The notes under the pieces are model-generated. The model saw only the letters and a list, made by a program, of their open reading frames with translations, had not been told where the DNA came from and ran no database searches. From positions 13,688-77,687 of the forward strand of contig JARRNJ010000023.1 in assembly GCA_037385045.1 (NCBI GenBank): a stretch of DNA of 64,000 bases. The letters are read 5' to 3'. The stretch's first letter is position 1, and every line of letters begins with the position of its first letter. The stretch is from Gammaproteobacteria bacterium (GTDB taxonomy: Bacteria > Pseudomonadota > Gammaproteobacteria > JASBUN01). Below, piece by piece: positions 49,486 through 60,649 of this stretch. A program made the position numbers and the translations under genes.

Positions 49486-49578
49486 GGGAAAAGGGTAAAG
49501 GGTAAAGGGTAAAGCAGGAAGAGAAGCCCCTAGCGCTGTTCTCTTTTCTCTTTACCCTTTCCTCTTTGCTCTTTCTCA
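49485..49578. repeat. Facing purine-rich heptamer repeat tracts including a G-quadruplex motif
   Basis: GGGG-AAAA-GGG-TAAA-GGG-TAAA-GGG (49485-49509); opposing TTTTCTC/TTTACCC/TTTCCTC/TTTGCTC tract (about 49541-49577). Confidence 0.75.
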
Positions 49579-50132
49579 CCCCACCCCATTTCCGCCTTCA
49601 TCTCCGGTGTGATGTCGCCGGTGTGCACGCCGAAATGGCCGCGATGCCGGTCGTCGAAATAGTGCCGCAGCGTCTCGCGCACTACCGGAAAAGCCAGCTT
49701 CGTCCACGGAATCTCGGTTTCCTGAAACAGTGCCACTTCGAGGCTCTCGTTGCCGGCAGCGAACTCCGGATCCAACAGTCGGGCGCGAAACATCAGGTAC
49801 ACCTGATTAATGTGGGGAATGTTGAACAGTGCGTAGAGGCCGGCAATGGCAACGCGCGCGCAGGCTTCCTCCAGGGTTTCACGGGCCGCGCCCTCGGCGG
49901 TGGTTTCGCCGTTTTCCATGAAGCCGGCCGGCAGGGTCCACAAGCCGTAGCGCGGCTCGATGGCGCGCCGGCACAGCAGCACCCGCTCCTCCCATTCGGC
50001 AATGCAGCCGGCCACGATCCTGGGATTCTGGTAGTGGATGGCGCCGCAATGGTCGCACACGTAGCGCTGGCGATGATCCCCGGCGGGGACCCGCTGCTGG
50101 ACGGGGTTGGCGCAGTGACTGCAAAAGTTCAT
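49530..50132 (-). CDS. NUDIX hydrolase with N-terminal zinc ribbon
   Basis: MNFCSHC...CDHC..IHYQNP, WTLPAGFMENGE...GAARETLEEA. Confidence 0.92.
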   Translation of the reverse strand: MNFCSHCANPVQQRVPAGDHRQRYVCDHCGAIHYQNPRIVAGCIAEWEERVLLCRRAIEPRYGLWTLPAGFMENGETTAEGAARETLEEACARVAIAGLYALFNIPHINQVYLMFRARLLDPEFAAGNESLEVALFQETEIPWTKLAFPVVRETLRHYFDDRHRGHFGVHTGDITPEMKAEMGWGEKEQRGKGKEKREQR

Positions 50133-50438
50133 GGCGTCGTCCGGTGCAAATGCCACACTTGCGGTGCCGCCAACCGCGACGGATGGCGCTCGAATTCCAA
50201 GCATACCCTATCGCTCGCCGCTGTGCGTTGCGGCTCCCGGTCGGACCGTTATACTTCGGGTACGTTCATGCATCCGGCGCCTCGCTGCGGCCGCCCATGG
50301 GCCGGCGGCGCATTTCAGTGACGTCTTCTGCCGGTACCCACGACGCAGTGTCCCTGGTTCGGATGCATCTTTCCGGAAGCGGCCGTCGCGTTGTTTCCCG
50401 CCTCAATGTCTCTCACTGATCCAGCGTGGAGGTAGTCC

Positions 50439-52475
50439 ATGGACGATGTGATACCAGCCGATCGACTCGAAACCATGCCCGTTGACGAGTTGTGCATACA
50501 GACCATCCGCACCCTGGCCATGGATGCGGTGGAAAAGGCCAATTCCGGCCATCCCGGTACGCCGATGGCGCTGGCGCCGGCGGCCTACGTCCTGTGGTCG
50601 CGGTTCCTGCGCTTCAATCCGCGCCGGCCCGACTGGACCAACCGCGATCGTTTCGTGCTTTCCAACGGCCATGCTTCCATGCTCCTTTATGCCATGCTGC
50701 ATCTCAGCGGCTACGATCTGTCCCTGGAACAGCTGAAACAATTCCGGCAATGGGGCAGTCTCACACCGGGCCATCCCGAGTACGGCGTGACACCGGGCGT
50801 GGAGACCACTACCGGCCCCCTGGGGCAGGGGCTGATGACCGCCGTGGGTATGGCCATTGCCGAAGCCCACCTGGCGGCTACCTTCAACCGCCCCGGCCAC
50901 GCCCTGATCGACCACCACACCTACGTGTTTTGCGGCGACGGCGATCTCATGGAAGGGGCGTCCCATGAAGCGGCATCGGTGGCCGGGCATCTGGGCCTGG
51001 GCAAGCTTATCTGCCTGTACGACGACAATCACATTTCCATCGACGGCGATACAGCGATCACTTACTCCGACGACGTCGCGGGACGCTTCGAAGCCTACCA
51101 CTGGCATGTGCAGGACCTGGGTGATCAGGCCAATGACCTCGCGGCGCTGGAACGGGCGTTCCAGGCCGCCGTGCAGGAACCGCAACGGCCCTCGCTGATC
51201 ATCGTGCGCTCGCACATCGCCTACGGTGCGCCCCACGCCCACGACACGGCCGCCGCCCATGGGGCGCCGCTGGGCGCCGACGAGGTGCGCGCCACCAAGC
51301 AGGCGTACGGCTGGCCCGCGGATGCGGTGTTCCTGGTGCCCGAGCAGGTGCGCACCCACATGCGCCAGGCGGGCGACCGGGGCGAGCATCTGCATGGCAA
51401 GTGGGAGGAACGGTTGCGTTCCTATGGGCGGGAGCATCCGGAACTGGCGCAACGTTTCGGCACGGCGCTTCAAGGCGAGCTGCCGGACGGGTGGGATCAG
51501 GGTTTGGGTTCCTACTCGACCGATGACAAGCCGGTGGCGACGCGGGCCGTTGCCGGCAAGGTGCTGGGAACATTGACCGAGCGCATACCTTGGCTGATTG
51601 GCGGTGCCGCCGATCTGGTGGCATCGACCAAAACGGTGGTCACCGATGGCGGAGACTTTGGCCGCGAGCGGCACGACGGGCGCAACATCCACTGGGGTAT
51701 ACGCGAGCACGTCATGTGCGCGGCGTCCACGGGTATGGCGCTGCACGGCGGCCTGCGGCCGTTCGCGTCGACGTTTTTCATCTTTTCCGACTATGCGCGC
51801 CCGGCGATCCGGCTGGCGGCGTTGATGAAGCAGCCGGTCATCTACGTGTTCACGCATGACTCGGTGGGGTTGGGCGAGGACGGCCCCACCCATCAGCCCA
51901 TCGAGCAGCTGGCTTCGCTGCGGGCGATGCCCGACCTGTGCGTGATCCGGCCCGCCGACGCCAACGAGACGGTCGCCGCCTGGAAGGTGGCGCTGGCGCG
52001 GCGCGACGGACCCACCATGCTGGTGCTCACGCGCCAGAAGCTGCCGGTGCTGGAGGCGGTTGACGACGGCGAGGGCGTCGCGTGCGGCGCCTACGTGTTC
52101 GCGCGCGAGCGGGGTGAGCAACCAGAGCTGATTCTGATCGCCAGCGGCTCGGAGCTGGTCCTGACATTGAAGGCCCAGGAGCAGCTGCGCAGCGAGTACG
52201 GAATCGACGCGCGGGTGGTCAGCATGCCCAGTTGGGAGCTGTTCCGCGCCCAACCCGGTGCCTATCGTGAAACGGTGCTGCCGGCGGCCGTCCGCTCCCG
52301 GCTGGCGGTGGAGGCGGCTGCGACTTTTGGATGGCGTGAATGGGTCGGTGAGCGGGGCGATGTGCTGGGGATCGATCATTTCGGCGCCAGTGCACCCGGC
52401 CCCGAGCTGTTTCGCCAGTTCGGTTTCACCGTGGACAACGTTGTCGCACGTGCCCGCAGGCTGGTGGAGGAGTGA
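50439..52475 (+). CDS. tkt: Transketolase
   Basis: [29 protein letters not shown], ThDP motif GDGDLMEG...[27 protein letters not shown]. Confidence 0.97.
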   Translation: MDDVIPADRLETMPVDELCIQTIRTLAMDAVEKANSGHPGTPMALAPAAYVLWSRFLRFNPRRPDWTNRDRFVLSNGHASMLLYAMLHLSGYDLSLEQLKQFRQWGSLTPGHPEYGVTPGVETTTGPLGQGLMTAVGMAIAEAHLAATFNRPGHALIDHHTYVFCGDGDLMEGASHEAASVAGHLGLGKLICLYDDNHISIDGDTAITYSDDVAGRFEAYHWHVQDLGDQANDLAALERAFQAAVQEPQRPSLIIVRSHIAYGAPHAHDTAAAHGAPLGADEVRATKQAYGWPADAVFLVPEQVRTHMRQAGDRGEHLHGKWEERLRSYGREHPELAQRFGTALQGELPDGWDQGLGSYSTDDKPVATRAVAGKVLGTLTERIPWLIGGAADLVASTKTVVTDGGDFGRERHDGRNIHWGIREHVMCAASTGMALHGGLRPFASTFFIFSDYARPAIRLAALMKQPVIYVFTHDSVGLGEDGPTHQPIEQLASLRAMPDLCVIRPADANETVAAWKVALARRDGPTMLVLTRQKLPVLEAVDDGEGVACGAYVFARERGEQPELILIASGSELVLTLKAQEQLRSEYGIDARVVSMPSWELFRAQPGAYRETVLPAAVRSRLAVEAAATFGWREWVGERGDVLGIDHFGASAPGPELFRQFGFTVDNVVARARRLVEE

Positions 52476-52515
52476 CCGTGCGCGCGGCCGCCTGCATGAC
52501 CCGCCTGCGAACGGG

Positions 52516-52543
52516 GGAACGAACGGCGGCATTGCCGGTCGAA
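52516..52543 (+). promoter_or_regulatory. Possible ECF (RpoE-like) promoter
   Basis: GGAACGA-N16-TCGAA, spacing as in GGAACTT-N16-TCnAA. Confidence 0.3.
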
Positions 52544-52676
52544 TATGATACGCGCGCGCAGGGTGGCATCATGGATGCGACGCCGCTCGCAATCCGCATC
52601 CAGGCGGTTCGGGCGGCCGGGCGCGCCGGGCGTTGCGCGGCTGCGCAACCGGTATTGAGGGCGGAGAAAATCAACA

Positions 52677-54821
52677 ATGAACAAACGCCACCTTCGTTGG
52701 CTGCTCGTGGTATTGGTGCTGTTGGCCATCGGCGCCTACTTTCTGTTCGACCTCGGACATTACTTTTCGCTGGAATACGTGAAGTCCCGGCAGCAGGCAT
52801 TTCAGAGCTACTACGCCGCCCACCGGCTGCTGACCCTGCTCACCTATATGGGGGTCTACGTGCTGGTCACGGCGCTGTCGGTGCCGGGCGCCGTGGTACT
52901 GACCCTCGCCGGAGGGCTGATGTTCGGGTTGCTCGTGGCAACGGTTGTGGTTTCCTTCGCCAGCACCATCGGTGCGACGCTGGCTTTTCTGGCAGCCCGC
53001 TTCGTCCTGCGCGACGCCGTCCAGCGGCGCTTCGCCCAGCGCCTGCGGCGGGTCAATGAAGGCGTAGAACGCGAGGGCGCCTTTTATCTGTTCACGCTGC
53101 GGCTGATCGCGGCGGTACCGTTCTTCCTCATCAACCTGCTGATGGGCCTGACCCGCATTCCCACCTGGCGGTTCTTCTGGGTCAGCCAATTGGGCATGCT
53201 GCCCGGCACCCTGGTCTATGTGAACGCCGGCACGCAGCTGGGCCGCATCGAGGCGCTCGGCGATATCTTCTCGCCGGGGCTGATCGTGTCGCTGGCGTTG
53301 CTGGGTGTTTTTCCCTTAGCCGCCAAACGCGTGGCGGAGTTCCTGCGTGCCCGCCGCCAGCGACGCCGGTTTCCGGCGCCGTCGACCTGCGACTACAACC
53401 TGGTGGTGATCGGCGCCGGCTCCGGCGGGCTGGTGGCGGCCTATATCGCTGCAGCGCTGAAAGCCAAGGTGGCGCTGGTCGAACGCGAGCGCATGGGTGG
53501 TGATTGCCTCAACACCGGCTGCGTGCCCAGCAAGGCGCTGATCCGCACGGCACGATTTGTCGCTGACGCCAGACGCGCGACGGCGTTGGGCCTGGAGCGC
53601 GTGGAGCTGGAGATGAATTTCGCCCAAGTCATGGAGCGGGTGCAGCGGGCGATCCGCAAAGTCGAGCCCCATGATTCGGTCGAACGCTACACCGCACTGG
53701 GCGTGGAGTGCCTTGCCGGGGAGGCGACCCTGCGGTCGCCCTACGAAGTCGAAGTGGCGGGCCGCGTGTTGACCACGCGCAATATCGTCATCGCCACCGG
53801 CGCCCGTCCCCTGGTGCCCCCCATTGAGGGGCTCGATGAAGTCGGGTATCTCACCTCGGACACCGTCTGGGAACTGCGGCGGCTGCCGCGGCGGCTGTTG
53901 GTCATCGGGGGCGGCCCCATCGGCTGCGAGCTGGCGCAGGCGTTCCAGGTGCTCGGCGCCCAGGTCACGCTCATGGAACGGGCTCAGCGGCTGCTCACCG
54001 TAGAGGACGAAGACGTCAGCGAAGTCCTTCAGCGGCGGTTCGAAACCGACGGTATACGCATCCTGGTCGGCCACGAAGCCGTGCGCTTCGGCCGGGACCA
54101 GGGCGTGAAGTATGTGTCGTGCGACGCCTCCGGCACCGAGGTGCGCGTCGAGTTCGACGAAGTGCTGGTGGCATTGGGGCGGCGACCGAGCGTGGAGGGC
54201 TTCGGCCTTGAACGGCTCGGCGTGGTTTTGAATGACCGCGGCGGCGTGGAAACCGATTCGTGGGCGCGCACCAACTTCCCTAACATTTTTGCCTGCGGTG
54301 ACGTAACCGGCTCGTACCAGTTCACCCATACGGCGGCCCACCAAGCCTGGTATGCGACCGTCAATGCGCTGTTGCGCCCGTGGAAGCGCTTCAAAGTCGA
54401 TTATCGCTCCATTCCCTGGTGCACTTTCACGACACCGGAAGTCGCCCACGTGGGCATGAACGAACAACAAGCCCATAGCCAGGGCGTTGCGTTCGAGGTC
54501 ACTCGCTACCCACTGAGCGAGCTGGACCGGGCGATCGTTGACGAGGACGACGACGGTTTCGTCAAGGTGCTGACGGCTCCGGGGCGCGACCGCATCCTCG
54601 GCGCGACCATCGTCGGCGCCCATGCCGGGGAGATGATTGCCGAGTTCGTCACCGCCATGCGTCACAGGTTGGGGCTGAACAAGATCCTCGGCACCATTCA
54701 CGTCTACCCGACCTTCAGCGAAGCCAACAAGTATGCGGCCGGTGCCTGGAAGCGCGCTCATGCGCCGCAACGGGTCCTGGGTTGGCTGGGCCGTTTTCAG
54801 TCCCGGCGCCGGGGGGGCTGA
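52677..54821 (+). CDS. VTT/DedA (TVP38) membrane domain fused to a pyridine nucleotide-disulfide oxidoreductase
   Basis: N-terminal PGA..LTL.GG.MFG, LRL...VPFF; GAGSGG, GGDCLNTGCVPSK, GGGPIG.E, IH.YPT..E. Confidence 0.92.
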   Translation: MNKRHLRWLLVVLVLLAIGAYFLFDLGHYFSLEYVKSRQQAFQSYYAAHRLLTLLTYMGVYVLVTALSVPGAVVLTLAGGLMFGLLVATVVVSFASTIGATLAFLAARFVLRDAVQRRFAQRLRRVNEGVEREGAFYLFTLRLIAAVPFFLINLLMGLTRIPTWRFFWVSQLGMLPGTLVYVNAGTQLGRIEALGDIFSPGLIVSLALLGVFPLAAKRVAEFLRARRQRRRFPAPSTCDYNLVVIGAGSGGLVAAYIAAALKAKVALVERERMGGDCLNTGCVPSKALIRTARFVADARRATALGLERVELEMNFAQVMERVQRAIRKVEPHDSVERYTALGVECLAGEATLRSPYEVEVAGRVLTTRNIVIATGARPLVPPIEGLDEVGYLTSDTVWELRRLPRRLLVIGGGPIGCELAQAFQVLGAQVTLMERAQRLLTVEDEDVSEVLQRRFETDGIRILVGHEAVRFGRDQGVKYVSCDASGTEVRVEFDEVLVALGRRPSVEGFGLERLGVVLNDRGGVETDSWARTNFPNIFACGDVTGSYQFTHTAAHQAWYATVNALLRPWKRFKVDYRSIPWCTFTTPEVAHVGMNEQQAHSQGVAFEVTRYPLSELDRAIVDEDDDGFVKVLTAPGRDRILGATIVGAHAGEMIAEFVTAMRHRLGLNKILGTIHVYPTFSEANKYAAGAWKRAHAPQRVLGWLGRFQSRRRGG

Positions 54822-54995
54822 CCCGGCGCGTCGGACCACGCCGAGCGGGGCAGCGGCTATACTGAGAGCGATGGTGGCGGGTCGGCACCGGCGATCGCCG
54901 CGGGCTAGGGCGGATGCGGCCCACGCCCAGGAAACCACATGCGGGCGCGAACTTGCCGACCGTTTGTTGTCCGCGTTTCGTTAGAGGTTTGTTGT

Positions 54996-55202
54996 ATGCG
55001 CAATGGTATTGTGAAGTGGTTCAATGACGCCAAAGGCTACGGCTTTATCGCGCCCGAGGACGGGGGCGAGGACCTGTTCGTCCACTTTTCCGCCATCCAG
55101 GGCGACGGATTTCGCTCTCTGACCGAAGGGCAGTCGGTGACCTTTGAAACCCAGCAGGGCCCCAAGGGTCTGCAGGCCGTGGACGTATCGCCCACTACCT
55201 GA
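54996..55202 (+). CDS. Cold-shock protein (CspA family)
   Basis: [27 protein letters not shown]. Long 5' leader after TATACT at about 54858. Confidence 0.95.
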   Translation: MRNGIVKWFNDAKGYGFIAPEDGGEDLFVHFSAIQGDGFRSLTEGQSVTFETQQGPKGLQAVDVSPTT

Positions 55203-55245
55203 GTTTTCCCGATTGATGACCATGCCGTCATGGCCGGGCCAGCGC

Positions 55246-56463
55246 TCAGTCCCTCAGGCGTTGGACCACCAGGGTGGCGTTGGTGCCGCCGAAGCCGAAA
55301 CTGTTGGACATCACCACGTCGAGGCGGGCGTCGTCGATGCGCTCGCGCGCGACCGGCAGACCTTCGGCGGCCGGATCCATCTCCTGGATGTTGGCCGAGG
55401 CGCTGATGAAGCCGGACTCCATCATCAACACGGAGTAGATCAGCTCGTGAACGCCGGCGGCGCCCAGAGCATGGCCGGTAAGGGACTTGGTTGAGGCAAT
55501 GTGGGGCGCCTCGGCGCCGAACACCTCCCGGATGGCTTCCAGCTCCCGTACGTCACCGATCGGTGTGCTGGTGCCGTGGGCGTTGATGTAATCCACCGGC
55601 CGCGAGACGGTTTCCAGCGCCATGCGCATGCAGCGCACGGCGCCGTCGCCCGATGGCTGCACCATATCGAAGCCGTCGGAGGTGGCGCCGTAGCCGACCA
55701 ACTCGCCGTAGATTCTGGCGCCGCGCCGCCGGGCGTGCTCCAGCTCCTCGAGCACCACCACGCCGCCGCCGCCGGAGATGACGAAGCCGTCGCGGTCCTT
55801 GTCGTAGGGGCGCGACGCCCGTGTGGGATCGTCGTTGTACTTCGACGACAGCGCGCTCATGGCGTCGAACATCAACGTCATGCTCCAGTGCACTTCGTCG
55901 CCCCCGCCGGCAAAGACAATGTCCTGCTTGCCGGCCTGTATCTGCTCCATGCCGTTGCCGATGCAGTGGGCGCTGGTGGCGCATGCGGAGCTGATGGAGT
56001 AGTTGACGCCCTTGATCTTGAACGGCGTGCTCAGGCACGCCGACACGGTGCTGCTCATGGTGCGCGGGACCATGTAGGGGCCGACTCGCCGCAGGCCTTT
56101 GCTGCGCAGGATGTCGGCCGCGGCGACGATGTTTTCCGTCGACGACCCGCCGGAACCCATGATCAGGCCGGTGCGGGGATGGGAGACCTCGGATTCCTCC
56201 AGGCCGGCGTCGGCAATCGCTTCCTGCATGGCAATGTGGGCGTAGGCAGCCGCATTGCCCATGAAGCGCAGGACCTTGCGGTCGATATGTTCGCTGGGAT
56301 CGATGCGGATGGGCCCGCATACCTGGCTGCGAAAGCCCAGTTCCCCGTATTCCGCGTTGAACTTGATGCCGGAGCGGCCCTCGCGCAGGGATTCGACAAT
56401 CTCCTGCTTGTTGGTGCCGATGCTGGAAACCGCGCCGAGCCCGGTGATTACTACACGTCTCAC
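55246..56463 (-). CDS. fabB: Beta-ketoacyl-ACP synthase I
   Basis: [48 protein letters not shown]; directly downstream of fabA. Confidence 0.95.
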   Translation of the reverse strand: MRRVVITGLGAVSSIGTNKQEIVESLREGRSGIKFNAEYGELGFRSQVCGPIRIDPSEHIDRKVLRFMGNAAAYAHIAMQEAIADAGLEESEVSHPRTGLIMGSGGSSTENIVAAADILRSKGLRRVGPYMVPRTMSSTVSACLSTPFKIKGVNYSISSACATSAHCIGNGMEQIQAGKQDIVFAGGGDEVHWSMTLMFDAMSALSSKYNDDPTRASRPYDKDRDGFVISGGGGVVVLEELEHARRRGARIYGELVGYGATSDGFDMVQPSGDGAVRCMRMALETVSRPVDYINAHGTSTPIGDVRELEAIREVFGAEAPHIASTKSLTGHALGAAGVHELIYSVLMMESGFISASANIQEMDPAAEGLPVARERIDDARLDVVMSNSFGFGGTNATLVVQRLRD

Positions 56464-56474
56464 AGCACTCGTCC

Positions 56475-56990
56475 TCAGAAATCGTCGGTACGTGTGAACA
56501 AGCCGACCCGCAAGTCCGTGGCGTGATAGATCTCTCTTCCGTCGACCTCCATGACGGCGTCGGCGATACCCATGACCAGCTTGCGCATGATGACCCGCTT
56601 GACATGCACCTGGTAGGTGATCAGTTCATTGCGCGGCGTCACTTGGCCGCTGAACTTCACTTCGCCGGAGCCGAGCGCCCGGCCGCGTCCCGGACCGCCC
56701 AGCCAGCCGAGGAAAAATCCCACCAACTGCCACATGGCGTCGAGTCCGAGGCAGCCCGGCATGACCGGATCGCCGGCGAAATGGCAGTCGAAAAACCAAA
56801 GGTCGGGGCGAATGTCCAGCTCCGCGGTGACATGGCCTTTTCCGTAACGCCCGCCGGCCTCGCCAATATCCGAAATGCGGTCGAACATCAGCATCGGGGG
56901 CAGCGGCAGTTGCGCATTTCCGGGTCCGAACAGTTCTCCACGACCGCATTGCAGGAGCTCGTCTCTGGTATAGCTGTTTTTCTTCGACAT
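56475..56990 (-). CDS. fabA: 3-hydroxydecanoyl-ACP dehydratase/isomerase
   Basis: [40 protein letters not shown]. Confidence 0.97.
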   Translation of the reverse strand: MSKKNSYTRDELLQCGRGELFGPGNAQLPLPPMLMFDRISDIGEAGGRYGKGHVTAELDIRPDLWFFDCHFAGDPVMPGCLGLDAMWQLVGFFLGWLGGPGRGRALGSGEVKFSGQVTPRNELITYQVHVKRVIMRKLVMGIADAVMEVDGREIYHATDLRVGLFTRTDDF

Positions 56991-57230
56991 CGAATTTGTT
57001 TGGCGTTGGCGTGAGGACCCCGGCGCCGGATGGCACAATCGGGGCGCGGCAGGGGGCATTATAGCCGTACCCGTCCGGGCGTGACAGCACGTGCCTTCCC
57101 CCCTGCCTGCACGCGGCAGCACCACGGGGCTAACTTCAGCACCGGCGGTTCGGTTCCGCCATGATGCAGGTCAAGTAAACCATTCTTCATCTGTGGGAAT
57201 GGTGCCGCGGCGTGACCGCCGCGAACGCGG

Positions 57231-57258
57231 TTGACATCCCCCGGCACCCCGTCAAAAT
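57231..57258 (+). promoter_or_regulatory. sigma70 promoter abutting the start codon of the 57265 gene (leaderless-type)
   Basis: TTGACA 57231-57236, N16, CAAAAT 57253-57258, 6 nt, ATG. Confidence 0.5.
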
Positions 57259-57264
57259 GGGCCC

Positions 57265-58005
57265 ATGCCGAAGCCGACCACCAGCGTTGCCGTCCGCGGC
57301 AACCTGCCCGAGTACTCGGTGCGGGTCAGCAGCCGCGCCCGCTACATGCAACTGAAGGTGTCGCCGTTGGCGCGGGTCGAGGTGGTGGTGCCGCGGGGCT
57401 ACGATGAGCATTTGGTGACGGCCTTTGTCAGCAAGCATCGGGAATGGCTGCACCGCACCCTGGCGCAGCTGCGCGCGGTTCGAATCGCCGATCCGGCCAT
57501 CGACGGGCCGGTGCCCCGGCGGGTGGAGCTGGCGGCGTTGCAGGAGACCTGGCAGGTGGAATACCGGCGGCCGGCCGCGGGCCGGGCCGCGGCGCGCAGC
57601 GAAGCGGCCGCAGGCATCCTGCATCTGTCAGCCGCGAATGCCGAGGGCGCGCGCTCAGCGTTGTGCGCCTGGCTGTCCCGGCGCGCGCGGCAGACGTTGG
57701 TGCCCTGGCTGGACCGGTTGAGCAATGAAACCGGCCTGGGTTACGGCAGCGCCAGCGTGCGCGCGCAGAGGACCCGCTGGGGCAGCTGTTCAGCCCGGCG
57801 CCACATCAGCCTCAACCGGGCCCTGCTGTTTCTGCCGCCGCGCGCGGTGAGTTACCTGATGCTGCACGAGCTCTGCCATACCGTGTTTATGAATCACTCG
57901 AAGCGCTACTGGCGGTTGGTGGGCGCTTTCGAGCCCGAATACCAATCCTGGGACGCACGGCTCGGAGACGGCTGGCGCGATATCCCCCACTGGGCGTTTC
58001 CCTGA
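57265..58005 (+). CDS. M48/YgjP-like (DUF45) metallopeptidase
   Basis: Q.TRWGSCS, I.LN, Y...HELCH....NHS..YW..V. Confidence 0.9.
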   Translation: MPKPTTSVAVRGNLPEYSVRVSSRARYMQLKVSPLARVEVVVPRGYDEHLVTAFVSKHREWLHRTLAQLRAVRIADPAIDGPVPRRVELAALQETWQVEYRRPAAGRAAARSEAAAGILHLSAANAEGARSALCAWLSRRARQTLVPWLDRLSNETGLGYGSASVRAQRTRWGSCSARRHISLNRALLFLPPRAVSYLMLHELCHTVFMNHSKRYWRLVGAFEPEYQSWDARLGDGWRDIPHWAFP

Positions 58006-58018
58006 CCGGTCCCGATCC

Positions 58019-58762
58019 ATGGAATTCGGCATTATCGTCATTGGCGACGAGCTGCTCAGCGGCCGGCGCCAAGACCGTCATTTCGAGCAATCCGTCCGCA
58101 TCCTGGGCCAGCACGGCCTGACGCTGGCCTGGTGCCGCATCATCGGTGATGACGAGCGGCGGATTACGGCCACGCTGCGCGAAACCCTCGATTCCGACGA
58201 CGCGGTGTTCAGCTTCGGCGGCATCGGTGCCACGCCCGACGATCTCACGCGCCGATGTGCCGCCCGCGCCGCCGGCCGGGCCCTGGTCCGTCATCCCCGT
58301 GCCCTGGCCGAAATCGAGGCCCAGTTCGGCGAAGCGGCCTATCCGCACCGGGTGCTGATGGCCGACCTGCCCGAAGGCTGCGAGCTCATTCCCAATCCTT
58401 ACAATCGCGTGCCGGGCTTCACGCTGGAGCGGCATCACTTTCTGCCCGGCTTTCCGCAATTGGCCTGGCCGATGATGGAATGGGTGTTGCTGCGCTACTA
58501 TACCGACCAGTTTCAGTGCCAGCCGCCGGTGCAGGACGTTTTCGTGGTCTACGACGTTCACGAAAGCCAGCTCATGGACTTGATGGAGTCGTTCGTGAAG
58601 CGCCACCCGGATGTGCGTCTGTCGAGTCTGCCGACCATGGGCGCCGAGCGCCGGCGCATCGAGCTCGGCGTACGCGGCGCCCCCGAGCCGGTGCGGGTTG
58701 CGGCCGACGACCTGGCCGCCGCCCTGGACCGGGGCGGACTGACCTGGGAACGGGCCACCTGA
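58019..58762 (+). CDS. CinA-like molybdopterin-binding domain protein
   Basis: IGDELLSG...D, GGIGATPDD.T, LPGFP; no PncC domain. Confidence 0.88.
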   Translation: MEFGIIVIGDELLSGRRQDRHFEQSVRILGQHGLTLAWCRIIGDDERRITATLRETLDSDDAVFSFGGIGATPDDLTRRCAARAAGRALVRHPRALAEIEAQFGEAAYPHRVLMADLPEGCELIPNPYNRVPGFTLERHHFLPGFPQLAWPMMEWVLLRYYTDQFQCQPPVQDVFVVYDVHESQLMDLMESFVKRHPDVRLSSLPTMGAERRRIELGVRGAPEPVRVAADDLAAALDRGGLTWERAT

Positions 58763-58767
58763 AGCGT

Positions 58768-60228
58768 CTACGTTTGCCCGGTTCCTTCGCGGACATGGCG
58801 CCGGTAGGCGGCGAGGGCCTGCTCGCGGCTGGCGCGCAGGTCGACGATGGGCGCAGGATAGTGACGGCCGACCACCACGCCGGCCTCGTGCTGCACCTCC
58901 GGCGGCGCGTTCCAGGGCTGGTGGATCCAGCGCTTCGGCAGTGAGGCCAGCTCCGGCAGCCAGCGCCGCACGTAGGCACCCTCCGGATCGAACTTTTCCC
59001 CCTGTGTCACCGGATTGAAGATGCGGAAATAGGGGGCGGCGTCCGCGCCGCTGCCCGCCACCCATTGCCAGCCCATGCTGTTGTTGGCCAGATCCGCATC
59101 CACCAGGGTGTCCCAGAACCAACGGGCGCCGTGCCGCCAGGCGACGCGGCAGTTTTTGGTGAGAAACGACGCGCTGATCATGCGCACCCGGTTGTGCATC
59201 CAGCCGCTGTGCCACAGCTCGCGCATGCCCGCGTCGACGATCGGCACTCCGGTGCGGCCCGACTGCCAGCGCGACAGCGGCTCGCCGGGCGGCTCCTGCC
59301 AGGGAAAATTATTGAAGCGCGGGTTCAGCGCCTGCTCGGTCGTGAACGGAAAGTCCCACAGGATGTGATAGGCGAATTCGCGCCAACCCAGCTCCCGCAA
59401 CAGGGCCTCGGCGCCGCCGTAGGCGCCGGCGGTGGTGGCGCCCAGCGCCTGCTGGCGCAGGGTCCAGGCCACCTGGCGCGGGCTGATTTCTCCATGGTGC
59501 AGGTGGGGCGACAGGCGGCTGGTGCCCGTCTCCGCCGGAAAGTCGCGCTGCCGCCCGTAGCCGGCGAGCCCCGAGCGGCAGAAGGCGGCTAGGCGCTCCA
59601 GCGCCGCCGTCTCGCCCGGTCGCCAGGCATCCCGCAAACCCTGATCCCACGGCTGTTGCGGGGCCAGCGCCAAGGCCTCGACGGGCAGTGACGGCAATGT
59701 CGCCGCCGTCCCCGGCCATGTCCTCGGTGTAGGCAGTGGAGGGGAGGCCAGCGGTTGGCGCAGGCAGGCGCGCCAGAAGGGGGTGAACACCCGGTACGGC
59801 CCGCCGCTTGCGGTGCGGACGCTGCCGGGCTCGAACAGCAGGCTGGCGTTGAAATCCCGGGTCTCCACCCCGCAACGCTGCAGCACCGCGGCGAGCCGGC
59901 GGTCACGCTCGGCCAATACCGGTTCGAAGGCACGGTTCCATACCACCGCCTCGGCACCGGTTTCGGCGGCCAGGGTTCGCAGGGTCTCCAGGCTGTCGCC
60001 GGCACGGATCACCAGTGTGGTCCCCAGGTCCTGAAGGGACCGCTGCAGGGCCTGCAGGCTATGGTGCAGCCACCAGCGCGCTGCGCCGCCCGGCGCCCAT
60101 GGCGCCGCTTCTTGCGGTGCATGCACGTACACCGGGATTACCCGATCGGCCCGCGAAAGGGCGTGGTGCAGCGCCGGATTGTCGTGCAGGCGCAGATCGT
60201 TGCGAAACCAGACGAGACAGGTGGCCAT
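58768..60228 (-). CDS. phrB: Deoxyribodipyrimidine photolyase (class I CPD)
   Basis: WFRNDLRLHDNPAL, TSRLSPHL..GEISPR, WREF, TG.PIVDAGMREL..GWMHNRVRM, DAD.ANN..GWQW, FRIFNP. Confidence 0.95.
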   Translation of the reverse strand: MATCLVWFRNDLRLHDNPALHHALSRADRVIPVYVHAPQEAAPWAPGGAARWWLHHSLQALQRSLQDLGTTLVIRAGDSLETLRTLAAETGAEAVVWNRAFEPVLAERDRRLAAVLQRCGVETRDFNASLLFEPGSVRTASGGPYRVFTPFWRACLRQPLASPPLPTPRTWPGTAATLPSLPVEALALAPQQPWDQGLRDAWRPGETAALERLAAFCRSGLAGYGRQRDFPAETGTSRLSPHLHHGEISPRQVAWTLRQQALGATTAGAYGGAEALLRELGWREFAYHILWDFPFTTEQALNPRFNNFPWQEPPGEPLSRWQSGRTGVPIVDAGMRELWHSGWMHNRVRMISASFLTKNCRVAWRHGARWFWDTLVDADLANNSMGWQWVAGSGADAAPYFRIFNPVTQGEKFDPEGAYVRRWLPELASLPKRWIHQPWNAPPEVQHEAGVVVGRHYPAPIVDLRASREQALAAYRRHVREGTGQT

Positions 60229-60273
60229 GGCGCAACCTCGGACTGGGCGGGCGTGTGTGTCGGTGCCGCCGGC

Positions 60274-60633
60274 TCAGGAGTCGAGCCTGGGGGTGTCGGA
60301 GCGCTCGGGTGAAAACTCGGGGGCGGTCGGGGGTGCCAGGCCGACCACCTCGACCCGGGCGGCGGTGATGATGATAAACCCCCGCAGGCGGTTGTTGTGG
60401 TCCTCACTGTACTCGAACTGGTACGTACGCTGCAGGGTCAGCCACCCGCCTGGGCTGCGGGCCGGCCGCAGCCGGCGCAGGGCCACGGTGCCGTCGAGCA
60501 GTTGCAGCCCCTGGCGCCGGCAGGTTTCGGCGGCGACGCGGGTGCCCAGCTCCCGGGCTTTGAGCCCGCTGTACCACAGCCAGCCGGCGAGCAGGCCGAG
60601 GACCAGAACATTCAATGCCGAAAACGTGCCCAT
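60274..60633 (-). CDS. DUF3301 family protein
   Basis: TM helix then RE.......C....LQLLDGTVAL, R.Y.FEYS. Confidence 0.8.
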   Translation of the reverse strand: MGTFSALNVLVLGLLAGWLWYSGLKARELGTRVAAETCRRQGLQLLDGTVALRRLRPARSPGGWLTLQRTYQFEYSEDHNNRLRGFIIITAARVEVVGLAPPTAPEFSPERSDTPRLDS

Positions 60634-60649
60634 AACGATTGCGTTCGCC

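Noticed and set aside
52677-54821. Mercuric reductase merA
   Set aside because: No C-terminal CC pair, no NmerA domain and no mer genes; this is the known DedA/VTT-oxidoreductase fusion.
50403-54938. Minus-strand ORFs of 709 aa and 540 aa
   Set aside because: Antisense shadows of tkt and the DedA-oxidoreductase fusion.
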